IMG/VR virus record: IMGVR_UViG_2811995274_000001
Origin: an uncultured virus (IMG/VR IMGVR_UViG_2811995274_000001)
Lineage: Duplodnaviria > Heunggongvirae > Uroviricota > Caudoviricetes
Length of the DNA: 64,000 nt
Strand: one strand, 5' to 3'
The translations under genes were made by a program, and so were the position numbers. Of this stretch, positions 31,324-42,044 are shown piece by piece. The notes beneath the pieces are model-generated. The model did not search any database and was not told the DNA's origin. It saw nothing but the letters and a program-made list of their open reading frames with translations. Positions within the stretch are counted from its first letter, which is position 1. The number at the start of each line of letters is the position of its first letter.

Positions 31324-31632
31324 TTATTTATAATCTATTGAGTCTTTATAATTTTGAATAGATTCGTCTATAAATACTTCTACTTCTTCATTCATTGCTG
31401 GAAAATCGCTTCTCAAAAAATCATTTATAATATACTTCAATATAGATTTCATTTCATTTTCATCTATATTACCTAGTTTGTATCTAATAGATTCTTTTAG
31501 ATATTCTTGATCCCACGTAAATTCTAAACAATTATCGCTATCTAAAATTTCAGTATCAGGATCGATCTTTTTGATAGCTTCTTTAATAGCTTTTTCTTTT
31601 TCTTGATCTGATGCGTATAATCCTATAAACAT
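31324..31632 (-). CDS. Hypothetical protein, tandem paralog family A
   Basis: K...IKE.IKKIDP...I motif shared with the next two ORFs. Confidence 0.65.
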   Translation of the reverse strand: MFIGLYASDQEKEKAIKEAIKKIDPDTEILDSDNCLEFTWDQEYLKESIRYKLGNIDENEMKSILKYIINDFLRSDFPAMNEEVEVFIDESIQNYKDSIDYK

Positions 31633-31647
31633 TTAACTATTCTCCTT

Positions 31648-31956
31648 TTAATTATTATTTTTATTTTCAAAATAATCTTCTACAGCTTTATTAACTACTT
31701 TATAAAAATTGTTCCATGAAGAAGGAAAAACAGTATTACAAACTTGCTTACGAATATTTACTATATCTTCTTCTAATAGTTTGTATCCTTTAAAATCACA
31801 AACATTAAATATTTCATCATTGATACACTCTTCATCAAAAATATCAATAATATTATTATCTTCTTCATAGATTATTGCTTTAGGATCAATCTTTTGAATA
31901 GTTTCTTTAACTAATTGATACTTATTTTTATCTGAAATAGATGCAGAAATTAACAT
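31648..31956 (-). CDS. Hypothetical protein, tandem paralog family A
   Basis: VKETIQKIDPKAII. Confidence 0.65.
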   Translation of the reverse strand: MLISASISDKNKYQLVKETIQKIDPKAIIYEEDNNIIDIFDEECINDEIFNVCDFKGYKLLEEDIVNIRKQVCNTVFPSSWNNFYKVVNKAVEDYFENKNNN

Positions 31957-31962
31957 TCAATA

Positions 31963-32328
31963 TCATTCCTTAAAAGCATTTTTATTAACATTATCAAATT
32001 CTTCTAATTTTTCTTCAATAAAAGCTACCATGCTATCGGTAGCTCCTTCAAATTCTCCGTCAACACAAGCATCTTCAAATTTAGATAAAATAAAAGCCAT
32101 TGCTTCTTTCTTTTGTGATTCAGTATATTTTTCTCTATAGAATTCAACTTCATGTCTTAAAAATTCATCATCAAAGTTTAATGTCATACTATTACTTTGA
32201 TCAAAAATATATACATCAGGTTTTACTTCTTTAATGACTTTTTCAATTTTTTCTTTTTCTTCTTGTGTTAAGTTATCGATAAAAATACTTTCATGTCTTG
32301 ATTCCATTATTTTATTCCGCCTTTTCAA
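31963..32328 (-). CDS. Hypothetical protein, tandem paralog family A
   Basis: IEKVIKEVKPDVYI. Confidence 0.6.
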   Translation of the reverse strand: MKRRNKIMESRHESIFIDNLTQEEKEKIEKVIKEVKPDVYIFDQSNSMTLNFDDEFLRHEVEFYREKYTESQKKEAMAFILSKFEDACVDGEFEGATDSMVAFIEEKLEEFDNVNKNAFKE

Positions 32329-32641
32329 TATTAATTAATAAATTATAGAAATTAGTTTCAATACTATATGCTCTATCTTGAACCATTTCTAATAATTGTA
32401 ATGGTGTTATTATACTACTCATACAATCAGCAACTATCATATACTCAGCTTCTGGATCATCATAATTAGGTTCATCTCCACTAATTGTAATATAATTATG
32501 ATAATCACTATTAGCTCTTTGCAAAAAATCTATTGGATCATCTGGCCAACCTTCATCATTTACATTACAAAAATAATCCGAAAAAGCCATACACAGTGCT
32601 TTTTCTTTAATCTTTTTTTTAGTATCTTCACTAATATTCAT
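32312..32641 (-). CDS. Hypothetical protein, paralog family B
   Basis: F.NV..EGWPDDPIDFL. Confidence 0.65.
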   Translation of the reverse strand: MNISEDTKKKIKEKALCMAFSDYFCNVNDEGWPDDPIDFLQRANSDYHNYITISGDEPNYDDPEAEYMIVADCMSSIITPLQLLEMVQDRAYSIETNFYNLLINIEKAE

Positions 32642-32644
32642 AGC

Positions 32645-32935
32645 TTATTCCTTTCTAAACATTAATAAATTTAACTCAGTTTGCTCTTTTATTGCTTCTT
32701 TTAAATGAATAACATTTAAATGTTCATATATAATTTTTGGTTCCATATGTTTTACGCCATCTTTTAAAAAGTAGCACCATGTATTAGGCCCAAATTTATT
32801 CAAAAATTCTTCTGGATCAGATGGCCAATTATCTGCACCTACATTTTTAAAAAAAGTTTTATACGCATATTCTTTAGCTAATTTTTTAATCATAATATTT
32901 TTAACTTGGACAATATGTCCAAGTTGATTAAACAC
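32645..32935 (-). CDS. Hypothetical protein, paralog family B
   Basis: F.NV..DNWPSDPEEFL. Confidence 0.65.
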   Translation of the reverse strand: MFNQLGHIVQVKNIMIKKLAKEYAYKTFFKNVGADNWPSDPEEFLNKFGPNTWCYFLKDGVKHMEPKIIYEHLNVIHLKEAIKEQTELNLLMFRKE

Positions 32936-33614
32936 CTACTTCCTTCATTGTTTGCAATATTTCTTCTTGTTTATTGAGTAATTCTTCTTTTGTTTTTGCA
33001 TAATTACCGATTTTTTTATCAAATATACAAATAACATTAGTATTACTAAAAACATATTCTTCAATATTTAATGTTTGTACATCATTAAATCGGTAATATT
33101 TTATTCCATTTTTTAATTCAAACTCATTAGTATCCATATTTCTGTTAAATAAATCTGTTATTAAAGACATTGTTCTATAAAATAAATCCTCAATAGATTC
33201 TTCAGAAACTCTTGTATATTTTATATTTTGTGCTCCATGACTTTTATCTTTATAGTGAATAATAACTTTATTATTATAAAATTCTACTGAAAAAATTTGA
33301 TTTTCATCACTTATTTCTTTTTCACAATCTTCGTCTTCGTCATCGGTACACTTTGTTAAATAATATTCAGGATATACACATTCAATATCTCCATACTGTG
33401 CTATATATCCATTTTCAATACCATCATCTTTTTCTACTGTTACAACTTGTACGATTTTTATCTTTTTCTTATTAGTTAATTCTATATTATTAATAAGTGA
33501 TCTTAAGCTTTCATCATTAGGATGTAATCTATATAATTCTTTTAATCTTTCTATACATTCTTCAGAAACATTTGGAATTACTATATCATTTTTTTTAAAT
33601 TTAGCATTTTTCAT
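32928..33614 (-). CDS. Hypothetical protein
   Basis: 228-aa ORF. Confidence 0.65.
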   Translation of the reverse strand: MKNAKFKKNDIVIPNVSEECIERLKELYRLHPNDESLRSLINNIELTNKKKIKIVQVVTVEKDDGIENGYIAQYGDIECVYPEYYLTKCTDDEDEDCEKEISDENQIFSVEFYNNKVIIHYKDKSHGAQNIKYTRVSEESIEDLFYRTMSLITDLFNRNMDTNEFELKNGIKYYRFNDVQTLNIEEYVFSNTNVICIFDKKIGNYAKTKEELLNKQEEILQTMKEVGV

Positions 33615-33805
33615 TATTATAACTGTCTCCCATTCTTATTTTTATTATTATAATTACAATCAGACACTTTTAATAGATAATATAAATTTCTTCCAATAGT
33701 TAAACATCTAGATGCTTTATATCCAATATTTCCTAAGAGAGAGCAACCTAGATACAAAAAACTAAACAATACGTTTTCATTTTTCATTATCTTTACCTCT
33801 TTGCC

Positions 33806-34666
33806 TTAATTTCTTGTAAATAAATTAAAAAATCTTTTAATAAAACTATTTTTATTTACACTAACAACTTCTTCCTTTTTACTATCTTCTTTAGATAAAG
33901 TTTCTTTTAAAACTTGTATAGCAAAATTTATCTCGTCATCAGAGCATTCTTTTTTAATTTCTTCTTTGATGTTCATTCTAATATTATTATCTTTTAACAT
34001 TCTTATACAAACAGCAAATAACTTAATCATAGAATTATTATTTATTTCATTTAACTTATTGTTTTTGTTATTACTATTATTAGTGTTACTACTATTAGTA
34101 TTAGTATTAGTATTAACTTTCTTCTGTATCTTTTCATACTTAATAGATAAATTTTTTTTAAAATTATTTATTACGTATTTTAATGTATCCTCATCTAAAT
34201 TGATACTTTTATCACTATTACATGGAATATCTGATATATAATATTTCCTTTTAAATGGAATATTATTATGCAAAAAGTTGATTGGTTCAGCATTTACATA
34301 AAATCCGAATCGCTTTAAGCCTGTTATAATAGAATCTATTATAATCATTCTCTTGATACAAGAAGTTAAAATAGATCCTTTACCTGTTATTTTCTTTAAT
34401 GTTTTAAAAGAAATTTCAATATTACCAATATTCCATAGAATTTCTTCTAGATCAGCAGCGTTATATAATTTTGTTGTATCAATATCATTATGATTACTAT
34501 TATTATAAAAAAATTTTTTTATATAAATGTTTTGACCAAAAAAAGATTTTTTATAAATATCGTTAATATCGCCATATTTATATAAATAATCTCGATCTAA
34601 AAAGCTACCGTTTTTTAATGGAACAACTAGTAATAAGTTCTTCCAATTTATTCTTAATTCGGACAT
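33806..34666 (-). CDS. Hypothetical protein with Asn-rich linker
   Basis: 286-aa ORF with AGGAG RBS. Confidence 0.65.
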   Translation of the reverse strand: MSELRINWKNLLLVVPLKNGSFLDRDYLYKYGDINDIYKKSFFGQNIYIKKFFYNNSNHNDIDTTKLYNAADLEEILWNIGNIEISFKTLKKITGKGSILTSCIKRMIIIDSIITGLKRFGFYVNAEPINFLHNNIPFKRKYYISDIPCNSDKSINLDEDTLKYVINNFKKNLSIKYEKIQKKVNTNTNTNSSNTNNSNNKNNKLNEINNNSMIKLFAVCIRMLKDNNIRMNIKEEIKKECSDDEINFAIQVLKETLSKEDSKKEEVVSVNKNSFIKRFFNLFTRN

Positions 34667-34686
34667 CTTTTTTATTATACTCCTTT

Positions 34687-35415
34687 TTAAAATTTAATAT
34701 CAATATTATTTTTCATGTCTCTCCAATTGTGAAAAATATATTGTCTTTGTTTAGATACTTCTAAACCTTTTCGTACACTTGCATCAGTTTCTTTTGACGT
34801 AATAATTGGTCTTAAGATAGTATATTTATTAGCCCTTAAATCTGTAATAATATCTTTAAAAATATTATCTGATAATATTGCACAAATTATATTACAATTA
34901 TATAATTCAGCATATTCGTATATAGTTTTTCCTTCTAATACTCTAGGTTGGCACGGAAAAACGCATATAGCATAATTTGGATATAATTTTTGTAAATCTA
35001 AATATCCATCAATAAGCATATTATGTCTACTTACCCACAATACATTTTTTATTAAAAGTTTATTGTTATTACTAGTACATTTTTCTTCATTAAAGTTGTT
35101 ACTAGTACATTCTTTTTTGTCAAAGTCATTACTAGTATATTCTTTTTTATTAAAATTATTATTAGTATTAACATCTTTATTGGAATTATTACGATTAATA
35201 GATACTAAATCCTTAAAAGAGTTAATAATTGTTTTAATAATAAAATATTTCTTTTTGTCATATTCTCCTTTTACCATTATACTATATAAACTTATAAAAT
35301 ATCCATATCCTTTTTTTATATTAATTTTACTTTCCTTAAAATATTTTTTTATTTCAGAACAGCTTTTCTTTATGTTCAATAACACTAATTGTCCTTTATT
35401 TATTTTAGCTAACAC
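34687..35415 (-). CDS. Hypothetical protein with 10-aa repeats and a C-terminal WVSRH domain
   Basis: Repeats KKEYTSNDFD/KKECTSNNFN/EEKCTSNNNK, then NVLWVSRH. Confidence 0.6.
   Translation of the reverse strand: MLAKINKGQLVLLNIKKSCSEIKKYFKESKINIKKGYGYFISLYSIMVKGEYDKKKYFIIKTIINSFKDLVSINRNNSNKDVNTNNNFNKKEYTSNDFDKKECTSNNFNEEKCTSNNNKLLIKNVLWVSRHNMLIDGYLDLQKLYPNYAICVFPCQPRVLEGKTIYEYAELYNCNIICAILSDNIFKDIITDLRANKYTILRPIITSKETDASVRKGLEVSKQRQYIFHNWRDMKNNIDIKF
35069..35168. repeat. 30-bp coding tandem repeat (about 3.3 copies)
   Basis: TTACTAGTAYAT at 35069, 35099 and 35129; degenerate copy at 35159. Confidence 0.8.
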
Positions 35416-35831
35416 TCATTTTCTTTCTCCTTTCTTAATATATTTTATAAATTATTCACCAACATTCAGATTTTGCAAAAGATATAGCCTTATTTTTTGT
35501 TGAACATTTACACCATCCATCGTTATTCCAACCATACCATTTGTTGGTCATATTTGAATATCCAATATAACTATTATCATCTACTTTCTCTATGTTTGTT
35601 AAATCAAATAATTTAATAATATTGTTATCTATCATAATTTTGAATAGCACTTTCCTTTACATTTAAAATGATTATTTGTTGGTACCCATTCATCTATAAC
35701 GCATACAGGTTCATCTAGTTCTAAGCAAATAAAACAACCTTCTCCACTATATACTGCATTTGAACAATTACTACAAGTTTTCTTTTGATTATTATTCTTT
35801 TTGTTCTTAAACATATTTTTACCTCTTTCTA

Positions 35832-36137
35832 TTAATATTCATCTACAAATAAAATTGATGCATGTTCATATGCATTATTATTTAATACAGTATCCGCTAT
35901 AATATAAATATCTTTATATTCTTTACATTTATATTTTGCAATAATTCTATCACCAGTTTTTAAGGCCTTATCATTCATGACAAAATCTTCTTTTGATATA
36001 TCTCCCCAATCTTCTTTAAGAAATTTTTCTATTGCTTCATTCATTTCTAATTTAAAGTTTATACTGTTTTTAGATAAGTCATTTACTTTTTTTGTACAAA
36101 AAAATTTTATCTTATTCAACGTGAACATATATATCAA
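35832..36137 (-). CDS. Conserved hypothetical protein (DWG...ND.AL..G.RI family)
   Basis: EDWGDISKED..MNDKALKTGDRIIAKY...IYII...ILFVDEY. Confidence 0.6.
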   Translation of the reverse strand: MIYMFTLNKIKFFCTKKVNDLSKNSINFKLEMNEAIEKFLKEDWGDISKEDFVMNDKALKTGDRIIAKYKCKEYKDIYIIADTVLNNNAYEHASILFVDEY

Positions 36138-36520
36138 TCTTCCTTATCATCTTTATTTTGATATTTATATTTAAAATAATCACTAATAGTTACGCATACA
36201 AAAAATGAAATAATTATTAATGATACACAAATATATTCTACACAATCGTTATCCAATATTATCATTCACTCCTTTTACAATTTTATCGGCAATAAAGATA
36301 TCTTTATAACATTCAAATGGAGCATTTTTTAAGCTTATAAAATGATTACATTTACTAGCGTTATCAGCATTAAACAACGCATATGTTTGCCAGTATTTAT
36401 CTGAAATCATCATATATCTAGCACATTTATTTCTTTTAGTACATTGAATATTTCTACACTTAGCATAATCTGGCATTTTAAGACCTTCTTTCCTGTTATA
36501 ATATGATTCTTTTTAATTAT

Positions 36521-36847
36521 TTATATTGTATATATATAATGTATTGAAGAAGCAATATTAACTTTATATACTTTACTAATTTGAAAAGAAATATTTGTCG
36601 TCATATATTCTTGAAATCCAAAAGCATAATGAATATATCTATATTTCTGTTTAAATGAATCAAATACTTTTTCACATATTTGTCTTATACTTAATTCAAT
36701 ATCGCTATCTTCAAAGATTATATCATATTTATCTTTAATAACAATTTTATCAATTTCTATTATATTATCTGTTTCATAAACAATAATATCTATTTCTATG
36801 TGATTTATCCTATTATTCTTTGATAAAAAGTACTTTACTATTTCCAA
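36521..36847 (-). CDS. MEIVK-family protein
   Basis: Starts MEIVKYFL. Confidence 0.6.
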   Translation of the reverse strand: MEIVKYFLSKNNRINHIEIDIIVYETDNIIEIDKIVIKDKYDIIFEDSDIELSIRQICEKVFDSFKQKYRYIHYAFGFQEYMTTNISFQISKVYKVNIASSIHYIYTI

Positions 36848-37263
36848 AAAAGAACCACCTCGTCTGTATGCTTATCATTATTAATTCTTTTATATATTAT
36901 ATTAGATTTAACGAAGAATGTTTCATCTATATATCTTATATATAAAGAAGTTAAATTTTTAAACATACTCATTTTATTCTTAATGATCTTCTCTAGTTTA
37001 TCAGTATAACTTTTACGATTATAAGAATATTTTTTATTTAATATGTTAATATTTTCCAATTCTGTTATTGATTCACATACAATCTTATAAATCATATCAA
37101 TAGTTTTAATTAAATGTTTATTATCATAATGACTATAATTAGTCTTTTCATAATAATAAAGATGAATAATTTTTATACTTATTGTTTTACTATTATCATT
37201 ATAAGACAAATCGATCTTTATATATTTAGTATTGTTTATTAAAAAAAAATCTATAATATTCAT
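36838..37263 (-). CDS. Hypothetical protein (MEIVK-like start)
   Basis: Starts MNIIDFFL. Confidence 0.55.
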   Translation of the reverse strand: MNIIDFFLINNTKYIKIDLSYNDNSKTISIKIIHLYYYEKTNYSHYDNKHLIKTIDMIYKIVCESITELENINILNKKYSYNRKSYTDKLEKIIKNKMSMFKNLTSLYIRYIDETFFVKSNIIYKRINNDKHTDEVVLFWK

Positions 37264-37264
37264 A

Positions 37265-37726
37265 TTAAATTTTCATCTCATCTAATCGTTTAAACATTTT
37301 GTCTTCAGAATCTATGATTATTTTTTTCTTTTTTTTACTTGATGTATATATAAGAGTTTTAAAATGATCATTATCGATTTTATACATATGATCTGTTACA
37401 GTAAAAAAAGAATCTACCTTTTGTAAAAAGTTATTATATTCTTTCAATGTTTCTTTAATAGAACGATCTCTTAAACTACCATATATAGAAATTGAAAAAG
37501 AATAATCATATCTATCTGGGTTAAAATAATCATTTATATTTAATGATACAGTAGCATTTTGTTCGCTACCAGAAATTATAGGTAATTTTTTAAAATTATT
37601 ATTTAAAACATTAATTAATTTTCCTCTACTTTTTATCGTATTGTCATGATCAGTATACACAGCAGTAATAATTGCTAAAATATGTGTCCATTTACTCATA
37701 ATTATTATTCCTTTTAATAGTTGCAC
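37265..37726 (-). CDS. Hypothetical protein, paralog of 49779-50159
   Basis: MSKW...P.I.GSE...I.IYG.LRDR. Confidence 0.65.
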   Translation of the reverse strand: MQLLKGIIIMSKWTHILAIITAVYTDHDNTIKSRGKLINVLNNNFKKLPIISGSEQNATVSLNINDYFNPDRYDYSFSISIYGSLRDRSIKETLKEYNNFLQKVDSFFTVTDHMYKIDNDHFKTLIYTSSKKKKKIIIDSEDKMFKRLDEMKI

Positions 37727-38043
37727 ATATGATTAAAAATAGTATCATAATCAAAACCAAATGCACTATATTCCGATAAAATACTTTCTATTTGTTCTTT
37801 AAACTCTTCATCTATTAATTGTTCTTGTCTATTTTTATCATTAATATTAGTGCTAATAGATTTAATATTTTTTTTCGCATTTTTTATCCTATCTAAAAAC
37901 TGATAACAAGTAAGAATACTGTCTGTATTATCATCTTTTAACGTTTTTAATACGTATACCATGCTATCTGTTTCTGTTGCTTTTGGATGATTAATATAGT
38001 ATTTTTTTTCTGTATCTTCAATTCGTTGTAATAAGTTTTTCAT
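37714..38043 (-). CDS. Hypothetical protein
   Basis: ORF in the operon. Confidence 0.6.
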   Translation of the reverse strand: MKNLLQRIEDTEKKYYINHPKATETDSMVYVLKTLKDDNTDSILTCYQFLDRIKNAKKNIKSISTNINDKNRQEQLIDEEFKEQIESILSEYSAFGFDYDTIFNHMCNY

Positions 38044-38065
38044 ATGTCATTTCCTTTTTTATTAG

Positions 38066-38467
38066 CTATTCTTCATCATCTTCTGGCTCTCCCCAGCCCT
38101 GATTAGGATCATCTTCTGCTGGATCAAGATCTTCATAATTAAGAGTTGGATCTTCACAAAATTTTAATGGATACTTCATCATAGGATAATCTTCACCATG
38201 TAATTTGTTCCATTTCCAACATTCATCTAGATCGATGCCGATATGTCTATTATGTTCTGTATCATCATTGCATAAATCAGGACGATTCCATTTAGCAAGT
38301 AATTCATATGCATCATATCCGCCAAATACACCATAACCTTCATAATTTCTTTCTAAAATTTTTTCATTATCTGGAGTGACTAAATAAACAGGAAAACTTC
38401 CATCTTCACAATCCCAAATAGTAATAGCCCTTTTTGTATCACTCGTTTTCCAACTAAACTGTCCCAT
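38066..38467 (-). CDS. Conserved phage-type hypothetical protein
   Basis: MGQFSW...YEGYGVFGG.D.YELLA.WN...DPNQGW. Confidence 0.65.
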   Translation of the reverse strand: MGQFSWKTSDTKRAITIWDCEDGSFPVYLVTPDNEKILERNYEGYGVFGGYDAYELLAKWNRPDLCNDDTEHNRHIGIDLDECWKWNKLHGEDYPMMKYPLKFCEDPTLNYEDLDPAEDDPNQGWGEPEDDEE

Positions 38468-38756
38468 ACTGTTTTACTCTCCTTTGTTTATTTTTTATAG
38501 TTAAATTTTAAAATAAAGATAGTTTATGATATCTATTCAGACTTTTTATTTAATTTTTCAAGAAATTTTTTATACGCAATATCTGCTTCTTTTAATGAAG
38601 TTTCACCAATAAGTTTTCCATCTTTAGTGAAATAATTAGTAATAGTATACGCTTTATCATGCTCATCTGTTTTTACAACTTCTACGCAAATAACTTCTTT
38701 CATAGAGACCTTTTTAACATATAATATTTTATCTTCTTCCATATTGATTCTCCTTG

Positions 38757-39599
38757 CTATACTTTTATATTGTAGCCCATATTGTTATATAATGACAATA
38801 GCCTATTTAACTCTTGTTTTTCATACTTATTTAAACAAATTCCATTTTTAATTTTTGTACGTAAATTATTATCAAATTTATTAATTGTTATAAAATGTTT
38901 GTCACTAATAAAACATGTTTGACTATTAGCATGTATCATATCATCATTTTTAATGCCTATAAAATCAACTTTAAAGTTATCATCACATATATATCCTATA
39001 TCTCCCGAACCTCCATCTAATAAATTAATATTCATTTTTCCATTTGTAATTACTAATCTATTTTTTTGATAATTCTCACAGTTAAAGTCAATTATCGCAT
39101 TAAAAAATTCTTTATTGAAATCGTTATTATTCGTGTTATAAATTTTAATTTTTTCATAATAATTGTCAGAACTAATTTTTTTATAAACACATAAATATAA
39201 ACTAGATACACTTATCTTATAATCATCTAATATAATGTAATCACATTCATATTTTTCGTTAATTATGCTTCTAATATTTACATAATTATCAGCGAATTTG
39301 TCAAAATCTAGATTAAAATCAAACAATAATAAATTAAAATCTTGTTTTAGTTTATTTAAACTAATAGAAACTCCATAATCAAATATCGTATTAAAGTCTA
39401 AATTAAACATATTAAAATAATGAATATCATCATTATCTTCTTCAGATTTTCTTAAAAGACTAGAACTTAAATATGACATATCATCATTTATCATAACTAC
39501 TAATAAATATTCTGGAGTTTGTTTAAGTTTATCATGATTTTCTTTAACTTTATCATAAATGTTTTTTATACTAAGATATTTTTTCTCAATACTTGTCAA
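38757..39599 (-). CDS. Hypothetical protein
   Basis: 280-aa ORF. Confidence 0.65.
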   Translation of the reverse strand: MTSIEKKYLSIKNIYDKVKENHDKLKQTPEYLLVVMINDDMSYLSSSLLRKSEEDNDDIHYFNMFNLDFNTIFDYGVSISLNKLKQDFNLLLFDFNLDFDKFADNYVNIRSIINEKYECDYIILDDYKISVSSLYLCVYKKISSDNYYEKIKIYNTNNNDFNKEFFNAIIDFNCENYQKNRLVITNGKMNINLLDGGSGDIGYICDDNFKVDFIGIKNDDMIHANSQTCFISDKHFITINKFDNNLRTKIKNGICLNKYEKQELNRLLSLYNNMGYNIKV

Positions 39600-39638
39600 A
39601 TAACATCATTCTTTCTCTAGTTTATTAAGTTTATTCAA

Positions 39639-40025
39639 TTATCCCTCTGAATACTTTATCATTATTTTATCATAAGCTTTTTTAGCGTCATCATAATTAT
39701 CATACATGGAAATTGTTTCAAATGTAGCATCTTTTAATTTCACAGTAATAACTACTTTAATAGAAGAAAATTTTTCTATTTTTATTTTAACTACTTCAGA
39801 TAATAAAACACTTGCTATATTCCCAACTAAAAAACGATTATTTTTTGTCTCACTATTTTTTAATGCATTATTATCTGGTTTTGAATAAAGTTCTAAAATT
39901 CTTTTATCTACATAATAATCATGATATTCTTCTCCAGAAACAGTAGTTAAACGTATTTGGCTACAATAATGACATACTCTATTATATGGTGCATGATGAT
40001 ATATACAATTTCCACATAATGGCAT
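39639..40025 (-). CDS. Hypothetical protein with N-terminal Cys cluster
   Basis: CGNC...CHYC; AGGAGG RBS. Confidence 0.6.
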   Translation of the reverse strand: MPLCGNCIYHHAPYNRVCHYCSQIRLTTVSGEEYHDYYVDKRILELYSKPDNNALKNSETKNNRFLVGNIASVLLSEVVKIKIEKFSSIKVVITVKLKDATFETISMYDNYDDAKKAYDKIMIKYSEG

Positions 40026-40040
40026 CTAATATACCTCCTT

Positions 40041-40244
40041 TTAAATCCTTCTATTCCACTTATCGATTACTTTTTTCAAACTAATACTAACTATAGAGGC
40101 TCCACAATGTTCACACTCTATACTATAAAAAACATTATTAAAAGATTCTTCCATTTCATTAATTATGTTTTTTTCCTTTATTAAATCTCTAGGAAAAATA
40201 ATTGCCCTATTCCCACAAAAGGGACATTTCTTTAAAACACTCAT
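40041..40244 (-). CDS. Lar-family restriction alleviation-like zinc-ribbon protein
   Basis: LKKCPFCG...ECEHCGA...KWNRR. Confidence 0.75.
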   Translation of the reverse strand: MSVLKKCPFCGNRAIIFPRDLIKEKNIINEMEESFNNVFYSIECEHCGASIVSISLKKVIDKWNRRI

Positions 40245-40789
40245 TTTATATTTCCTTTTATTAATCCTAAAAAACTAGCTCGTCTTCTTGATTGACTTAT
40301 TGATACGTTAAAATAATTAGCTACTTCTGTCATGTCTACCGTATCATCATCACTATATTTATAGAATATTTTTAAAAATATATTTTTAGGCATGAGCAAA
40401 GATAACGCAAAATATTCACTTTGTTTCTCTTGTCTTGAAGATATAAATTTATATTGTTTATTAATAATAATTTTATTCCATAAAGAAAAATTCGTTCTAT
40501 ATCCCATATGCAAAAATATATGTCCTAAATTACAAGCTATAGTAAAGTTATTATTGCTATTTTTATTTAAAATAGGTAACAATATATCAAATTTTCTATC
40601 ATGAGTTTTTATTATATTTCCATCTATTAACTCATAATAGTTATTTTTATATGCTATTTTTCCGCCAATACTTTTAAGAACTTTTTTCATATTCATAATA
40701 GGTATTTGTATATTATAAGCATCAATAATCTTTTCAGCCAGATTATCTATAAATATAGCTATATCATTATTTATTATATTGTTATACAT
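40241..40789 (-). CDS. ImmA/IrrE (DUF955) family protein with degenerate metal site
   Basis: FTIACNLGHIFLH (canonical FTIAHELGH), E.Q...FA..LLMP, A.YFNVS. Confidence 0.75.
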   Translation of the reverse strand: MYNNIINNDIAIFIDNLAEKIIDAYNIQIPIMNMKKVLKSIGGKIAYKNNYYELIDGNIIKTHDRKFDILLPILNKNSNNNFTIACNLGHIFLHMGYRTNFSLWNKIIINKQYKFISSRQEKQSEYFALSLLMPKNIFLKIFYKYSDDDTVDMTEVANYFNVSISQSRRRASFLGLIKGNIK

Positions 40790-40794
40790 TGCTG

Positions 40795-41676
40795 TTATAA
40801 TCCCATAGTTACATAATCTCGTAAAAATTCTCTAGCATATAAACGATAATCGCCTTTTCTATTTTTATTATATAACGAACAATTATCACAATATAATTGA
40901 TTTTTATATAAAGAAAAATGAATTAATTTTAATTGATTTTTATATACTATAACATAGTGTTGTTTATCATCGCTAGGTGCATCCTCTTTTTCTATTTTAA
41001 AAAGTTTATGATTATTAAAAGTGTTAAATATTAAATCTTTTTTTATACTAAATAAAACATTATAAAAATACTCAGTATAAAATTTAATAAACTTATTGAA
41101 CTTTATTGCTCTTATCTCTAAACTATTATAATCTTTTGATTTGATATCAAATGTTCTATGATTATACATATCTAATATTAGATAAATAAGTTTATATAGT
41201 TTTTTTAAACTTTTTTTCTGATCAATTTTTTCTTTTGAACACATAAGAAAACTATTTCTTTTAAAAGAATACATTTTTCTTTTAGAAAAATTTAAACTTA
41301 TCACATTATATCTTTTACGATTAATATAAAGATTATCATTTTTTATTGTCATGTTATAATTATAAAAACTAAAATTATATACAATTGCTATAGGTTTATT
41401 ATGTTTATCTTTAATAATACGTAATTCTTTTTCTAATTTAAGATCATATATTATTTTTTTTATATCTTTAATTTTAATATTGTATTTTTCTAGATTATCT
41501 TTTTCTATTTTTTCATATATTTTTTCATAGTCATTTAAATATTTATAATAATAATTATTATATTGTTCTTTTTTTTCTTCAATAAAAGTATCACTAAATG
41601 CACTATGTTTTATAAGCTTATTATATGAATACAATAAATCAGCGAACGATTTTAAAAATATTTCCTTATTTGACAT
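40795..41676 (-). CDS. Hypothetical protein
   Basis: 293-aa ORF. Confidence 0.65.
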   Translation of the reverse strand: MSNKEIFLKSFADLLYSYNKLIKHSAFSDTFIEEKKEQYNNYYYKYLNDYEKIYEKIEKDNLEKYNIKIKDIKKIIYDLKLEKELRIIKDKHNKPIAIVYNFSFYNYNMTIKNDNLYINRKRYNVISLNFSKRKMYSFKRNSFLMCSKEKIDQKKSLKKLYKLIYLILDMYNHRTFDIKSKDYNSLEIRAIKFNKFIKFYTEYFYNVLFSIKKDLIFNTFNNHKLFKIEKEDAPSDDKQHYVIVYKNQLKLIHFSLYKNQLYCDNCSLYNKNRKGDYRLYAREFLRDYVTMGL

Positions 41677-42044
41677 ATTCTATTTATATTCCTTTCTATT
41701 TTTGTTGAAAGTATTGATTTATTACTATAACCGTCATTCCTCCCATTAAAGCTGCTCCTAATCCTATTAGAAAATATTCCATCTTTATATTTGCTCCATT
41801 TCCTTTTTTAAATTCCAATATTCTGGACTTGATTTAAAAAATACTTCACAAAAAGTTATATTATTATAATTTTCATCATCCTTATCGGTCCATTCATAAT
41901 CATCATACTCTCCTGGACGTTTTATTAATTGATTAAATAAGCATCCTTTACAATAATTTTTATGTTTTGTTTTACAATTTAATATAATTGTATCAAATGC
42001 ACTTTTAATTGATCTTTTACTTAAATTAGTTTTTTTCTTCATAC

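Noticed and set aside
34060..34115. TTA/TTAGTA microsatellite-like run as a regulatory repeat
   Set aside because: Encodes an Asn/Thr-rich linker inside an ORF; common in AT-rich genomes
35069..35168. Possible CRISPR array
   Set aside because: Contiguous 30-bp in-frame coding repeats with no unique spacers
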